A stretch of 64,000 nt of DNA from Phoronis australis. Taxonomy: Eukaryota > Animalia > Phoronida. Position 1 is the first letter of the stretch, and every line of letters starts with the position of its first letter. Shown here piece after piece: positions 1 through 11,733 of this stretch. The DNA lies in contig NMRA01000868.1 of the NCBI GenBank assembly GCA_002633005.1, positions 49,529-113,528 of the forward strand. Direction: 5' to 3'. The notes under the pieces were generated by a model. The model ran no database searches, had not been told where the DNA came from, and saw only the letters and a program-made list of their open reading frames with translations. The position numbers were made by a program, and so were the translations under genes.

Positions 1-729
1 CGGCATCGGAGATGACGACACGAAAAAACTTTTCGAAAGCCGACGTTGACGTTGACCCTCGAGCTACATGATGCAGACAAACGCACGTCCAAGATCAAAA
101 GGCCGAGTGGTGTCGCATAAGAGGATTATTGCCTCAACACCAACAACGACAGACCCAGAAGTGACCCTACACTCGATGCGAGAACGCCAGTTTTGCCCAT
201 GGCTACGGTTATTTCTCACAGAATCGGTGTAATAACATCATCTGAATATTACTGATAAAAGTCACAGTAAAAGTTGAACAAGAAGTATGGAGTTTTTGTT
301 GATAGGGAAGATTAACATTGAAAATGAATGTATACCGATTGAGACGTGCAAACGACAACAAAAATGTCAACTTCGACACTACAGTTATAAAATTTGAATG
401 CCTCAAAGTAACCGCACAAAAAACAACAGCCGTATTACAAAATACTAACTTACTGATTTTTATTAAAAATTCGTCCTGAGGCAGTTAATGTACATGTACG
501 GCTCTGCAAAGTGGAATCCACGCACCATGTTATCTTAGATTTCAGCCAAAGCAAAACGGTTTTAGCCACTGACAAAGCCCACACTATTTTGAGCACTTCA
601 TGGTCGTAGAATGAGTAATGTGACCTGTTGTTTGCAAACAAAAACAAGTGGCACAGCACCACACTTTCAAATTTCATTTCTCTAAGTAATGAAAACGTTC
701 TAGTGTAGAGACAATTTTCTAAACCTTAC

Positions 730-898
730 CAGGATAAATTGGCTCCATTAGGTATGACATTTTGAATCCACCGCAGCTTTGATGTTTACGTAATTGGCAC
801 TTGAAGTTACAACCAGACTTCCTTAAATTCCTTTCAAAGTGGAATTCTTCACGTGAATAGCAAGAACAGAGCGCTCCCACTCTTAATCCCGCCACGTG
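730..898 (-). CDS. Exon: C-terminal half of WSC domain (copy B, paralog of 52984-53164)
   Basis: Acceptor ttccaattgcag|, donor |gtaagg. 169 nt, phase 0->1. HVAGLRVGALCSCY...SGCNFKCQLRKHQSCGGFKMSYLMEPIYP. The gene continues beyond the left edge of the window. Confidence 0.9.
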
Positions 899-978
899 CT
901 GCAATTGGAAACTGAAGCATCTGAGTATAAAATTGTTGTAAGTCTGTATATCAGTAGCTGGGTATGTATCTGTTTGGG

Positions 979-999
979 TCTCTCTCTCTCTCTCTCTCT
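979..999. repeat. (CT)n microsatellite
   Basis: Directly visible tctctctc... run. Confidence 0.9.
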
Positions 1000-2027
1000 A
1001 GTCATACGTACAGTAGGCCTATCGTTGTGGTAGTTGCCATGTTCTGTTATGTTTATATTGTTCACGTTGATTTTATGTCACTATGTGGTCCCCTGTGCCA
1101 TTTTATTTTAGATCTATCCACATGTATTCAGCAGTCTGTAGCACACCCTTGAGAACTAGAGCACTCTCAATACGTGGGGATATTTTAATATATATTAGTA
1201 CCGACGCTCATCATTTTAGTTTTACTAGTCTTACTATTTTAAATTTTCTAAAAAATATAGTTTGCATTTGATAATCTTAATATTAATGCTATGAGCTTTA
1301 ACTTGAAATCCCGTGTTGTTACTTATATTGGTTCCTAGATACTACGCTGTACACACGCATCTCGATGAACTTTTTGGTTTATCAGGAAGATGGCCGACCA
1401 CTCCGCTCAACGAAAACCACGTAATTTCAACTCTAGTTTCATGTATATTTATCTCATTGATACCAGCATTCAAATTGTAGATCGATGATTTACAAGAGAG
1501 AAAATGAGACATATTGTCACCGAATTAAAATATCGTTTTTATTGAAATTATGCATCTTAATTTTCAAAGCGTATAAATATCGGTAGCCTGCAATGCAGTT
1601 TGTTGAACTTGATTATTGCGCGTGCTCATTTAAGTATTCTATTTTCACGTAAGCTAACGTTAGCTGCTCAGAGGTTTAGTGGTATAGTCGACGACTGGAA
1701 ATTCAAACCCTGCCTCGGTTACCCGCTGAAATGTTTTTCAACGGCGTTGAATGACAATAATTATGGGTTATTTAACGGTTGCATTGGCCATTCAAGGCTG
1801 ATATTGTGGTTTCATGCTAGTTATTTTACAAGTCTCGAAGCATTTAGACTCGTGTGAAATGATGTGTATGAAGGTATGTTGGTACTAGATAGGTAGGTAT
1901 GATGGTATGTATTTTGGTAATATCTTAACGTCTAGATACATGTATGATGCATTCGAATGTTTCTGAACACTTATTTGTGTAAATTGTATTTTTCGTAAGA
2001 AACATAAAAACAGGATAAATCTCGAAA

Positions 2028-2150
2028 TCCCTCGACCCCTCGATACCCACATTCCACGACCTCTTCGACCCACAACCCCTCGACCCACAACGCTCTCGAC
2101 CTTCAACCCCTTCGACCCACGGCCCACAACCCCCACGACCAAGTGTACAC
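2028..2150. repeat. Degenerate short tandem repeat (cctcgacc/cgacccacaac), probably the end of a non-autonomous DNA element
   Basis: Repeated cgacc/ctcgac motifs. Similar motif runs occur near 55950-56000, 60630-60680 and 61120-61220. Confidence 0.5.
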
Positions 2151-3239
2151 TGGACCTGAACATAGAACAAGCGGTGACTTGCAGTTCCAATAAGTCTGGC
2201 CGTAAGCTAGGATAGCTTTTCCCCCCTTTTTTGCAGTCAAGAGAATGGACAACAAAAATGAACAACGCGATCAAATAAGAAAAAGCATCATTTTAGATAG
2301 TATTTTGGTTGTGAAAAAAATCCTTTTGGGCTGCACTTTACGCGTACATCTTCTATAGGAGTGCCCTTTGGGCTCACAGGGCATGGATTTGACTACCCAT
2401 TATCATTTTATTACTTTTGCATTACTATTACTAAATTAATACTATTAATCGTTATCGTTATTATTATCGTTATCGTTGTTGTTCTTGTTGTTATTGCTGA
2501 ATTTACTTCACGAGGACACCGGGCAATATAAACACTACATGTTTAGCAAAATTCTAATACAACATGGTCCTCAAAGATTTTATAATCGTCTCATTTATGG
2601 TTTTTACTGGGTTTCCAATAATGGACTGTCAGTGCTACACTGTATTTTGAAATTACTTTAAAGGGGTCCCTAAGTTCAGCCTTAACGACATTGTGAGAAA
2701 TGTTTGACAGCTGTGATTGCAGAGCAGGCCTAATTTTTGGAAACAAGGAGGTTGAGATTTATAATCCTGTTTAAACGAAACCCAACTTTAAAAAGATGTA
2801 TGAACTATCGGCAGGCATAACAAATATAAGTATATCCTTTTGTAATTCTCCTCGCAGACCTGAATCCGGGACTGTATTTTTTAATTCCGACTTACATCTT
2901 AACGTGAAAGTACCAACAGTTTTATCTTTTTTCCTCTTGTTGAAAACATTCATTTTCCAAGAACTGGGACTGGTTCCATGATGATGTGTAAGTTTAAAAA
3001 CTGGGTCAAGTTGAACTCTGGGGGGAAGACATTTTTCCTAGGACAGACGACAAGTCGGCTCTGGCTGCGGTCACCGGGTCATCAGAAAAGCTGATAACAC
3101 GCACCAATTTTTTGTGGAACGTGCCCCTATATACTGAGAAGAGTACGGTGATTTAACTGAGTGATTTGAGCTAGGTTTTATTGAAAGTGGGTTGTATCGG
3201 GCAAACACGGCCAGGGTCGAAGTCAGCCATGTTTAATAT

Positions 3240-4442
3240 ATATAGATTATTACATGGCGAAGTCGTTATCCCCCGTTATCTAGAGCCCGAGTGGATTTTG
3301 GAGAATTATCGCCCTCGGGGCTGACGCCCCTCGGGTGATAATTCTCCAAAATCCACGAGGGCTCTAGATAAGGGGGATAACGGCTGAGAACATGTAATAA
3401 TCTATTTATACCACATACTAAACGAGAAACATTGCAATGAATCGATTTACCTTTTCTGACTCTCCACGGCTTTGTAACTACTTTCTATGTCAGAGGCCGG
3501 GGTCGGAGGTCGTGACCTTTTAAGAAAAGCCCGGTTATTTTTGTCAAATATTGCTTTTACTCAAAACCAATTGAAAACTTAAATATTATAGAAATAAATT
3601 GAATTTATAAAGTAAGGTTTACCAACTATTATAGCTTAAAACACGTTTTCTTCANNNNNNNNNNNNNNNNNNNNNNNNNNNNNNNNNNNNNNNNNNNNNN
3701 NNNNNNNNNNNNNNNNNNNNNNNNNNNNNNNNNNNNNNNNNNNNNNNNNNNNNNNNNNNNNNNNNNNNNNNNNNNNNNNNNNNNNNNNNNNNNNNNNNNN
3801 NNNNNNNNNNNNNNNNNNNNNNNNNNNNNNNNNNNNNNNNNNNNNNNNNNNNNNNNNNNNNNNNNNTTCAGTGAAATTTTTCTCTCATGTCCTCTTACTT
3901 GTAAATCACCGATCTCCAGTTTGAATGCGGGTATCGTGTCGTCAGGATCTTTGACTTGAGAATTATATTCAGTTACCAGTGGTAACCTACTTTAGCAGAC
4001 GATAATTTCCCGGTCGAAGCTTAGCGTGTAAAAAACGTGTTTTAAGCTATAGTAGTTGCTTAACCTAAATTTAGAGATTCACTTCATTTCTATTTTGTTT
4101 AAATTTCTAATTGGTTTTGAGTATAAGCATTATTTGACAAAAATAGCTCGGCTTTTCTTAAAAGGTCACGACCTCCGACCCCGGTCCTCTGACATAGAAA
4201 GTAGTTACAATGCCGAGGCGAGTCGAGAAAGGTAGATAGATTCATTGCAATGTTTCTCGTTTAGTATGTGGTATAAATAGATTATTACATGTTCTCAGTC
4301 GTTATCCCCCTTATCTAGAGCCCTCGTGGATTTTGCAGAATTATCACCCTCGGGGCTGATGCCCCTCGGGCGATAATTCTCCAAAATCCACTCGGGCTCT
4401 AGATAACGGGGGATAATGACTTCGCCATGTAATAATCTATAT
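3240..4442. mobile_element. Fold-back element with ~410-bp terminal inverted repeats, each beginning with a ~165-bp hairpin (Crypton-like non-autonomous element)
   Basis: 3240-3654 is the reverse complement of ~4030-4442 (e.g. atagattattacatggcgaagtc / gacttcgccatgtaataatctat). Each arm contains its own palindrome. The centre falls in an N gap (3655-3866). The Crypton assignment is an inference from the terminal-hairpin architecture. Confidence 0.8.
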
Positions 4443-5159
4443 TTATGCGATATATAAAAAGAGGGTTAATCCTATTATCTGCTTACAACGGATGATGTTG
4501 ACGGGGAGCTGGCGCCTCGTGAGACACTTGGCTTTACGTTCATTATTAGAAGAAGATTCAATATCTGTATATACTTATAATGTCCTTTGGACTACCGAAC
4601 ACTGAAAAAATTGCAATTTCAATTGAAGCTAATGAAAGAACATATTAGTTTAGTCAGAAACGCCGAAGGTCAACTTTTGCCAAACTATCGGAGCTTTAAA
4701 CTATCGACCGAGATCCGGTTTGAGCAAAATGACCCTGACCATTCAGTGTGTCAATTTAATGTTTTCAATTTCTCTAGAAAAGTTGCCCATTTTTACGAAT
4801 ACACGTCACGATTTGAATTTTTGCTACCTCAACTATTTTAGACAGGTTTGCCATCATAAGAACAATGATAATTCTCTCAGCTTTTAAGATGTTTGAAATA
4901 CGGGACTGTGCGCCACTGGTTAAATATGTTACTTCCTTCTTCTCAAACAAGGCATTTTGCTGTTGCATTAGTAAAAATCTTTCAACCTGCCCGAAAATAA
5001 ATGCGTGCTTTTATTTTCTTCCACCACAACGTCTTTACGAAATTCGCATCTAAGGTGGTAGACATAACCCGTCACCATCAGAAGCTTTGTGTAGATCCTG
5101 TTGTGCGGAGTGGCGCCATATTACTGCATTAGCGATGACTACAAGGCAATAAAATTGGA

Positions 5160-5590
5160 TCCCAATATTAGATGGTTCCAATTTAGAATACTACACAGGA
5201 TTATTGCAACAAATACCATTTAGTCGAAATCGATGTTTGGGATTCTAATTTATGTTCCTTTTGTAATAAAGCCCCAGATACGCTGTCACACCTTCTTTGG
5301 GAGTGTCGCCTTGTACAAGATTTCTGGAAGGAGTTCCAAAAGCTGCTTCAAAAGTGTCTCATTCAGCTTCCCAACTGTCTCTCTTACGAATGTGTTATTC
5401 TTGAACTTGATTTATCAGTTTGCTTCTACTAGCCAAATGGTACATTTACAAGGAGAGATGTCACAAAATATAATTAATTTTCACAAGTTCGTTAAATATA
5501 CTTATGAGTACCATAATGTTGAAAAATTAATTGCAAATACATGTATAAACTTTGTACATGTGTTTGACAGCTTCTCTGCGAAATGGGAAG
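5160..5590 (+). mobile_element. Decayed 3' fragment of Tx1/L1-type LINE ORF2 (zf-RVT region)
   Basis: FQFRILHRIIATN...LCSFCNKAPDTLSHLLWECRLVQDFWK (CxxC-x7-H-x4-C knuckle), with stops and frameshifts. Confidence 0.8.
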
Positions 5591-7660
5591 ATTTCACTGT
5601 TCACGTTAACTCCATGTAGAAGCCGTTTTCTTTATACGAGATACGAGAATGGTTTCTCTTGAGGTGTGCATGCGTGAATGGATTTGCTTATTTGTTTGTT
5701 TGTTTTGTGTACTTGTTTATAAATGATGGTCATAGTTGTTGAGGGTGGTGTCGTCGTTGTTGAACCATCAACGTCAGAGTCACTGCTCGACGTGGTTGCC
5801 ATGGTTATCAGGCATGTGTTATCCATATCTCGTTGCGACATGTGTCTTATTTCATCAGTGTTTGGATAAATTTGCATTATTAAATCAGTGCTATTATCAA
5901 GCTTTTTGCATTTTTAAGGACACGTGTTTGTTCAAAATGGTGTAATTTCTAAAAACACATTTGACGCTCAATGTCGTTACTTACACTTTCATTAATCAGT
6001 GTGTGTAACATTTTATCCATGGCAATCGCTATAGAGTTAGTTTCAAATAAACACACTTCAGAGTATGCACTAAAAAAGTTCCAAACACGCAATTCGGGAA
6101 CACATACGGCGTGACTTTACTTTAATTTGAAGCGATGCGTTGTTGATCCAGTCTGCAGGTTTTGAACAGTTGTCGGCATTGCAGGGCGTAAAAAGCGGGA
6201 GCCGAGGGAGGGCAAGTTCCCGCCAGTAATGTTCAGGCTTCTGAACTGAGTTGGGGAAACATACTTAGGCGGCTTGTCATAGGCAATCGATTAAACAAAC
6301 TCGCCAAGAGACAAAATTCAAAAGAACATTTCCCAACCTCCAGTGCTTCATCTACCATTTAAGCGCCCTGAGCATGGAATAAGAAAGCCATCTGTCGGTC
6401 TTCCCTTTTTTTCTCAAAATTTGATGATGTTGTTGAAAATGCTAAATCCTTCTATGGACCCAGGCATTGAAGGGACCGTATTAATGAAGTCACTCTTTGT
6501 GTGCGTTTTTCTTGAGGACTTCGTTTTGGTTAAATCGTACAGCCTTTCAAGTATGCTAAGTACATGTACAGACCCTTCGTGGAGGTTAACACGAAGATAA
6601 AACTGACAATCACTCTTAACCCAACCATTTGCCAGCTGCGGAATGGATGGGCACGCCTATTGTTTTTTTCACCCTTTCGCTGTTTATTTTTTTTCTTGAT
6701 ATACCGTCTAAACATGTATAATAAGTATAGCGTGGAAAAACACATTTTCAATAATCCCTAGTGTATTTTCTTCCCCATAATGCATAATTTTAGTAGTTGG
6801 CTTGGACTGTTATACATATGAGTGACAATGAATCAGCTTTTCGATTAGTCTGAATTCCTGAACGGTGTTGTTGGACACCTATGCGTATGTAAAATTTGCA
6901 ACAGTTGCATTTTATACATAATAGCACCTCACATAAAATGCAGTTTTGAACCAGACAACCCAGAAAAAAAACATTACGAATGGGAAATATAGTTCATTCT
7001 GTTGTACTCTTCCTGACACGTGATCGCGATTTCTTTTCGTTGTGCCTGTAGGAGTTGGGGCCACTGTGCCGTTCCCCCTTATTTCTGGTGACTAAGCCTT
7101 ATGAAACACTGTTGCCCGTTTGTGAAGCCCTAAACGGGAAAAACGCCATGGTTAAATACTCCTTATACGTACATCTACATGTATACTGTTTTGTGGTTAC
7201 AGATTCCTGTGCTCCGTTGCATGAAAGAGTTTCAAATAGGCACTCGAAGAGGTTGCATAAATGTCAGTCAACACCGATTGTCCAGTCTTGTGCTGTTTGA
7301 GTCTCGTTACCGTGTCGATTTTTGAGTTTCATAAAAATAGAGAGTGAACTCTACGTTGAATTCTGAATATTATTATTGAAACATATTTGGACCTTTGCTT
7401 GCAATGCCCCTAATTTAAGGACTAGGACCCTAAATTTTTTACTGAATTAAGCATTAGCCAAAGATGAGCTCACAAACAAACATAGCATGATAGAGAGTAT
7501 TACATTTGTGCCTTAAGAACGAGAAAATGCGAAAAGGATTTACGAAACTTGCTTGAGCTCTTATTCGGGACTGTTTCATCCAACAGGACACTAGGCATCA
7601 GTAAGTTCGCACTTGATAATAACTTGACAATAATTGTGTCTGTATAACAAGGGTGCTCAC

Positions 7661-7824
7661 CGCGCCTTTTTGTAATCCACACCAGATTCTGCACATTGCA
7701 TGGTCCGGAATACCATCGTAGATGAGAGGTTTCACATTCGATTGATAGTTGTAACAGCCTTGTTTAAACGTATCGCCAATAAAGCTTCGTTCAAACGCAT
7801 TCGGAGGTAGGGAACACTGCATAC
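7661..7824 (-). CDS. Exon: N-terminal half of WSC domain (copy B, paralog of 56670-56803)
   Basis: Acceptor ttttataatccag|, donor |gtgagc. 164 nt, phase 1->0. xMQCSLPPNAFERSFIGDTFKQGCYNYQSNVKPLIYDGIPDHAMCRIWCGLQKGA shares GCY...PDHAxCRxWCGxxKG with copy A. Confidence 0.87.
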
Positions 7825-9449
7825 CTGGATTATAAAACTAGTATATTCTGTTCTGTTCACTTTTCGTGCACATGAATCACCAATCCAAAATCAAATAATG
7901 TTTTCAATAAAAAGACCATCTTAAAATTGGAGTTGATCATGGCACCGGTCAATAAATAATTGCGCTCACCCATCCACGGGGAAAAGCGTGGCATTAATAA
8001 AATTTGAATTTGACTCTACATGTGGGGCGTGCATAGAATCTCAAAAATGCTGTTATTAGGAAACGAGGACGGCAGAAGTATCTTGAATTTGGATCGCATT
8101 TTAATGGGCAACTTTCGATGCAAATGATAACGCGCGTCTTTATCCTCCTATCGTACCACAGGCCAAGACCTTATGTTGTCAGCAATGCATTTTTCAATCA
8201 AGCGGGAAAACCGGTGTCGCCGTCCGCGCTGTGTTGTACACAGCAATTATCGCAACTGCGGTGTAAAACGTGGCAATAGCAAAATTATAAATTGACTCTA
8301 ACGTGTCCAGAGAATGCCTGAAATGTTATCATTAGGAAACCGAGTCGTTCAGAGGTATCTTGCACAAGTACTTGGACCATGAATTTCTCAATTAACCGAG
8401 AAAACCCTTCAAATCACGAAAGTTGATTTTAAGCTCCTATTTCGTTGTACTGACCAGTCGTTGCGTAAGCGATGTCTTCACGGCAATAAACTATTGGCTG
8501 AAATTTCTTGAAATGCTAAGGACAGGAACTGATGCTAATTTCTTTTTGCGTTTGACTTCTGAATTTGAACTTCTCGTAAACAGAAAAATTACGATACAAA
8601 TTGCCAAAACTCAGAGATGTGATATTATTTGATGGCATCAGTTATTATTTGATTTGTGTATGCCCTTAAGTGTTTATTCAGCGTGGTAGACATTTTGCGT
8701 TTCTGTCTTGAAATTTCGGACAAAAGAATGAGCCTGGCGATTATCAAAAGAACAATTTATATCAGGACTCTGAAAACCGGTGTCGTGTGGCGCTACGGAC
8801 TATACGGGTGTTAGTTGTAATGTTCCCAACAAGGAACACACTTACTAAGACGGTAAACAATCATTCTCAGTCATCATCTTTTCCTGCACGTTGCCTCCGC
8901 ATTCTTTTGTTAGTTTGCAATCGCGATCATCCACGTGACACTTCGTACAGTATTGTGAATTTCCCGTTTGACCGAGGTTAGTATGGCTATCAAATCAACT
9001 CTAAATTCATTACTTTATATTCGTTTTGTCGTTTTTGTTGATAAAGCGAGAATCTGGAGGAAAGGTTCCAGATAACAAGCAACTTTGTGATAAATTTAGT
9101 CACCATGGCGGACAATAGGTGGCCGTTTCACATGCACAATAATTAGAGCAAATAGTGGTTTTGAATGATTTGGTGGACAGAAATTCAATTAATACACATT
9201 AACAAATTAGTTATTAAAGCAAAGGAAATAGTTCCACTGTCAATCCCTCCGAGTTTTTAATTGTTTTAGTTCAATAATTTACATGACCTACATGTATTTG
9301 ACATCGGATTGAATCGACATTTCCCGTTATGAGCTGCAGCCATTGGCTTTGTTGAGGATACATGTACATATTTGCAGTGGGAAAAACATGGACAGGACGT
9401 CATTGCTCGTTAATATGTATGTCAAAAGGTTTTCTTCTTCGTAATGGGT

Positions 9450-10850
9450 AAGTCCATATTCGATTGTAGACTGTGTTTCCGGCTAAAATAAAATTCCCTG
9501 GCCACTTACAAAATGCCAACTGAGTCTCATAGGCAACACGATACTTAGTTGTGCAAGAATTATCGAAATCGGATCGTGTTTGAGAAATTTATGCATTTTG
9601 GTCTCTGAATTTCATGAACTTTAACGTTACTAGAAGCCATTTTAAAAAAATCCCATGTGTCAACCGTACTAATTAAGCAATCGTTTGGATATGACTAGCA
9701 ATAATTAAATACCCATTCATAATCACTAAGGTTGAGTTTGGTTATTCAGTGAAAACTGGTAGGGTTCATCTTAAAACAGAAATTTTTTGCGAAATTTGTA
9801 AATTCTGTGTTTCTAACCCTTTACTACTGTAATAAAGGTTTAATAGTAAAAAGAACTGCAGAACATGTTAATCTGGGGAACAAATAAAATTACTGTATTT
9901 AGTATCTAAACAAACCAAGAGTTTGGATATTTACTGGGTGCTGATGTGTAGAAAACGGGCCAAAAGCTAATAAAATGTAATGCACGTACCCCGAAAGGAA
10001 ATTTACTTGTACAAATGGCCATTGCAACTGCAATTATTTGCTACCTTTTGATTAGCAACTTGATGCTTATGATGAAAAATAAATGTCCATAGAGCGTAAC
10101 GTTAACAAGTGATGCGCTGAAGAAATAGTGATGAAGTACATGTATACGTACCGCTTTTTGTACTGTGCTTACACAAGGTGTTACCAACCACCATGGTAGT
10201 TGAGCATCACTGGTCACAGACAGTTTCCTCCCTTACATATATTACGTTAAAAAGGTGATTCTTTGTACAAATACTTTAGTTTTAGTGAAATTTTAGCATT
10301 TGTGTAGTGTCTACTTGTTTACTGTTTATAAGTTTAACACTGGACCTAGCAATGATTCAGCTATGTTGATTAACAGGTGAATATATTGAAAACTAGGATA
10401 ATAGCACCAACAAAGATTTGTAAAAATATTTACTTGCAGTTTTGTTTTTCTAAGAGTCATATTACAAAGGAAAAGGTCCTCATCATACTGTGTTGTGTTA
10501 AGGTATGTAATGCATCATCATCTAGAACAACTTTGTCCACACGCTAATGGTTTTTCATAATTTTGCTATCTCAAAATTCTTCAATTAAATCAAGAAATTA
10601 ATAAATTAATAGCTATTTTTTGATTTTTTGCTTGTTAGAATTTGGTTGTTTCCACAAGTTGTATTTTACGTACCTTTTGACCTCTTATACAACTGTAGTG
10701 TATCAAGTCATAAAAGTTTATTCGGTGGTCCTGGTACAAAATTATTTTAGATTACAATTCTGGAATTGCGGGACTCCAAAATGCCCCAGCTTTTATAGTT
10801 ATATGAAACCCATCGTTTTTCACTAAATGTGGCCAACGAATATGGACCTT
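9450..10850. mobile_element. Putative non-autonomous DNA transposon with short TIRs
   Basis: aagtccatattcg at ~9450 and cgaatatggacct at ~10837 are inverted copies. The interior is AT-rich and non-coding. Confidence 0.4.
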
Positions 10851-11733
10851 GATTGTGGTTTACTCATAAGGCATTGGTGCACCCCACCTCTCAACAATGG
10901 AAATTTGCCGGCATCGTGATAAAAGGAATGACGTTAAAACGCTGTTGATAGCAGTAGGTTGAAGACTCGTGTCTCCATAACATGGGCTCTGTAGTTGAAG
11001 CTGAACGTGTATCCAGCAACGACCTGATCGCTGTCTAGCGATTTAGTGGATTTCATTACGTCACTTAGCCCATTCTTTTTACGCACCGACCTGTGGTTCT
11101 GGTTGCATGTAAGTAATCATCTTAACATTAATATGTTTTTAGCTCTAGTCTCAGAGCGTCTTTCGACAACCACTAAATACATATTTTCCCAAATACATAC
11201 TGCCATTTCCTATCAAAAAATCATGTTATCTTGGAATGTCCGAACAAAACCAAAAGCACACGGATTGGCTCTGCTGTTCCGTATTCCAGTAAAGTAAAGT
11301 GACGTATGCATTAGCCGTACTTCCATACATACGGGGTAAAACTACATTTTTTGGTATTAAAGTAACGTTACATTATTTTTTTGGAAAAAGAGTCATTTGG
11401 TTTCCATGTATTTTTTGGAATTAACAATGAAAATCTAAGATTCTTAATCATAACAAGTGTGTATACGTAACTTTCGAAAAACTTATTCGTGCATTGATTT
11501 GCGTAACTACGTGAAAGTGTATTTGTGTGTGTGTGTGCATGTATATGTTATTGCTGTTTTCAACTGCTCCTATACTTTATTTATGCAACGTTTACATGTT
11601 GTCAAGATCTTTATTTTTCAAATTCTACTGCTGAGCAGTAATTGCACATGTACTGTATAACTACATGTATGCCCGTGAAATAAAATACAAGAGGAAAAGT
11701 TTCATTTGTAAAGGGAGGCAATCCAATACACTT

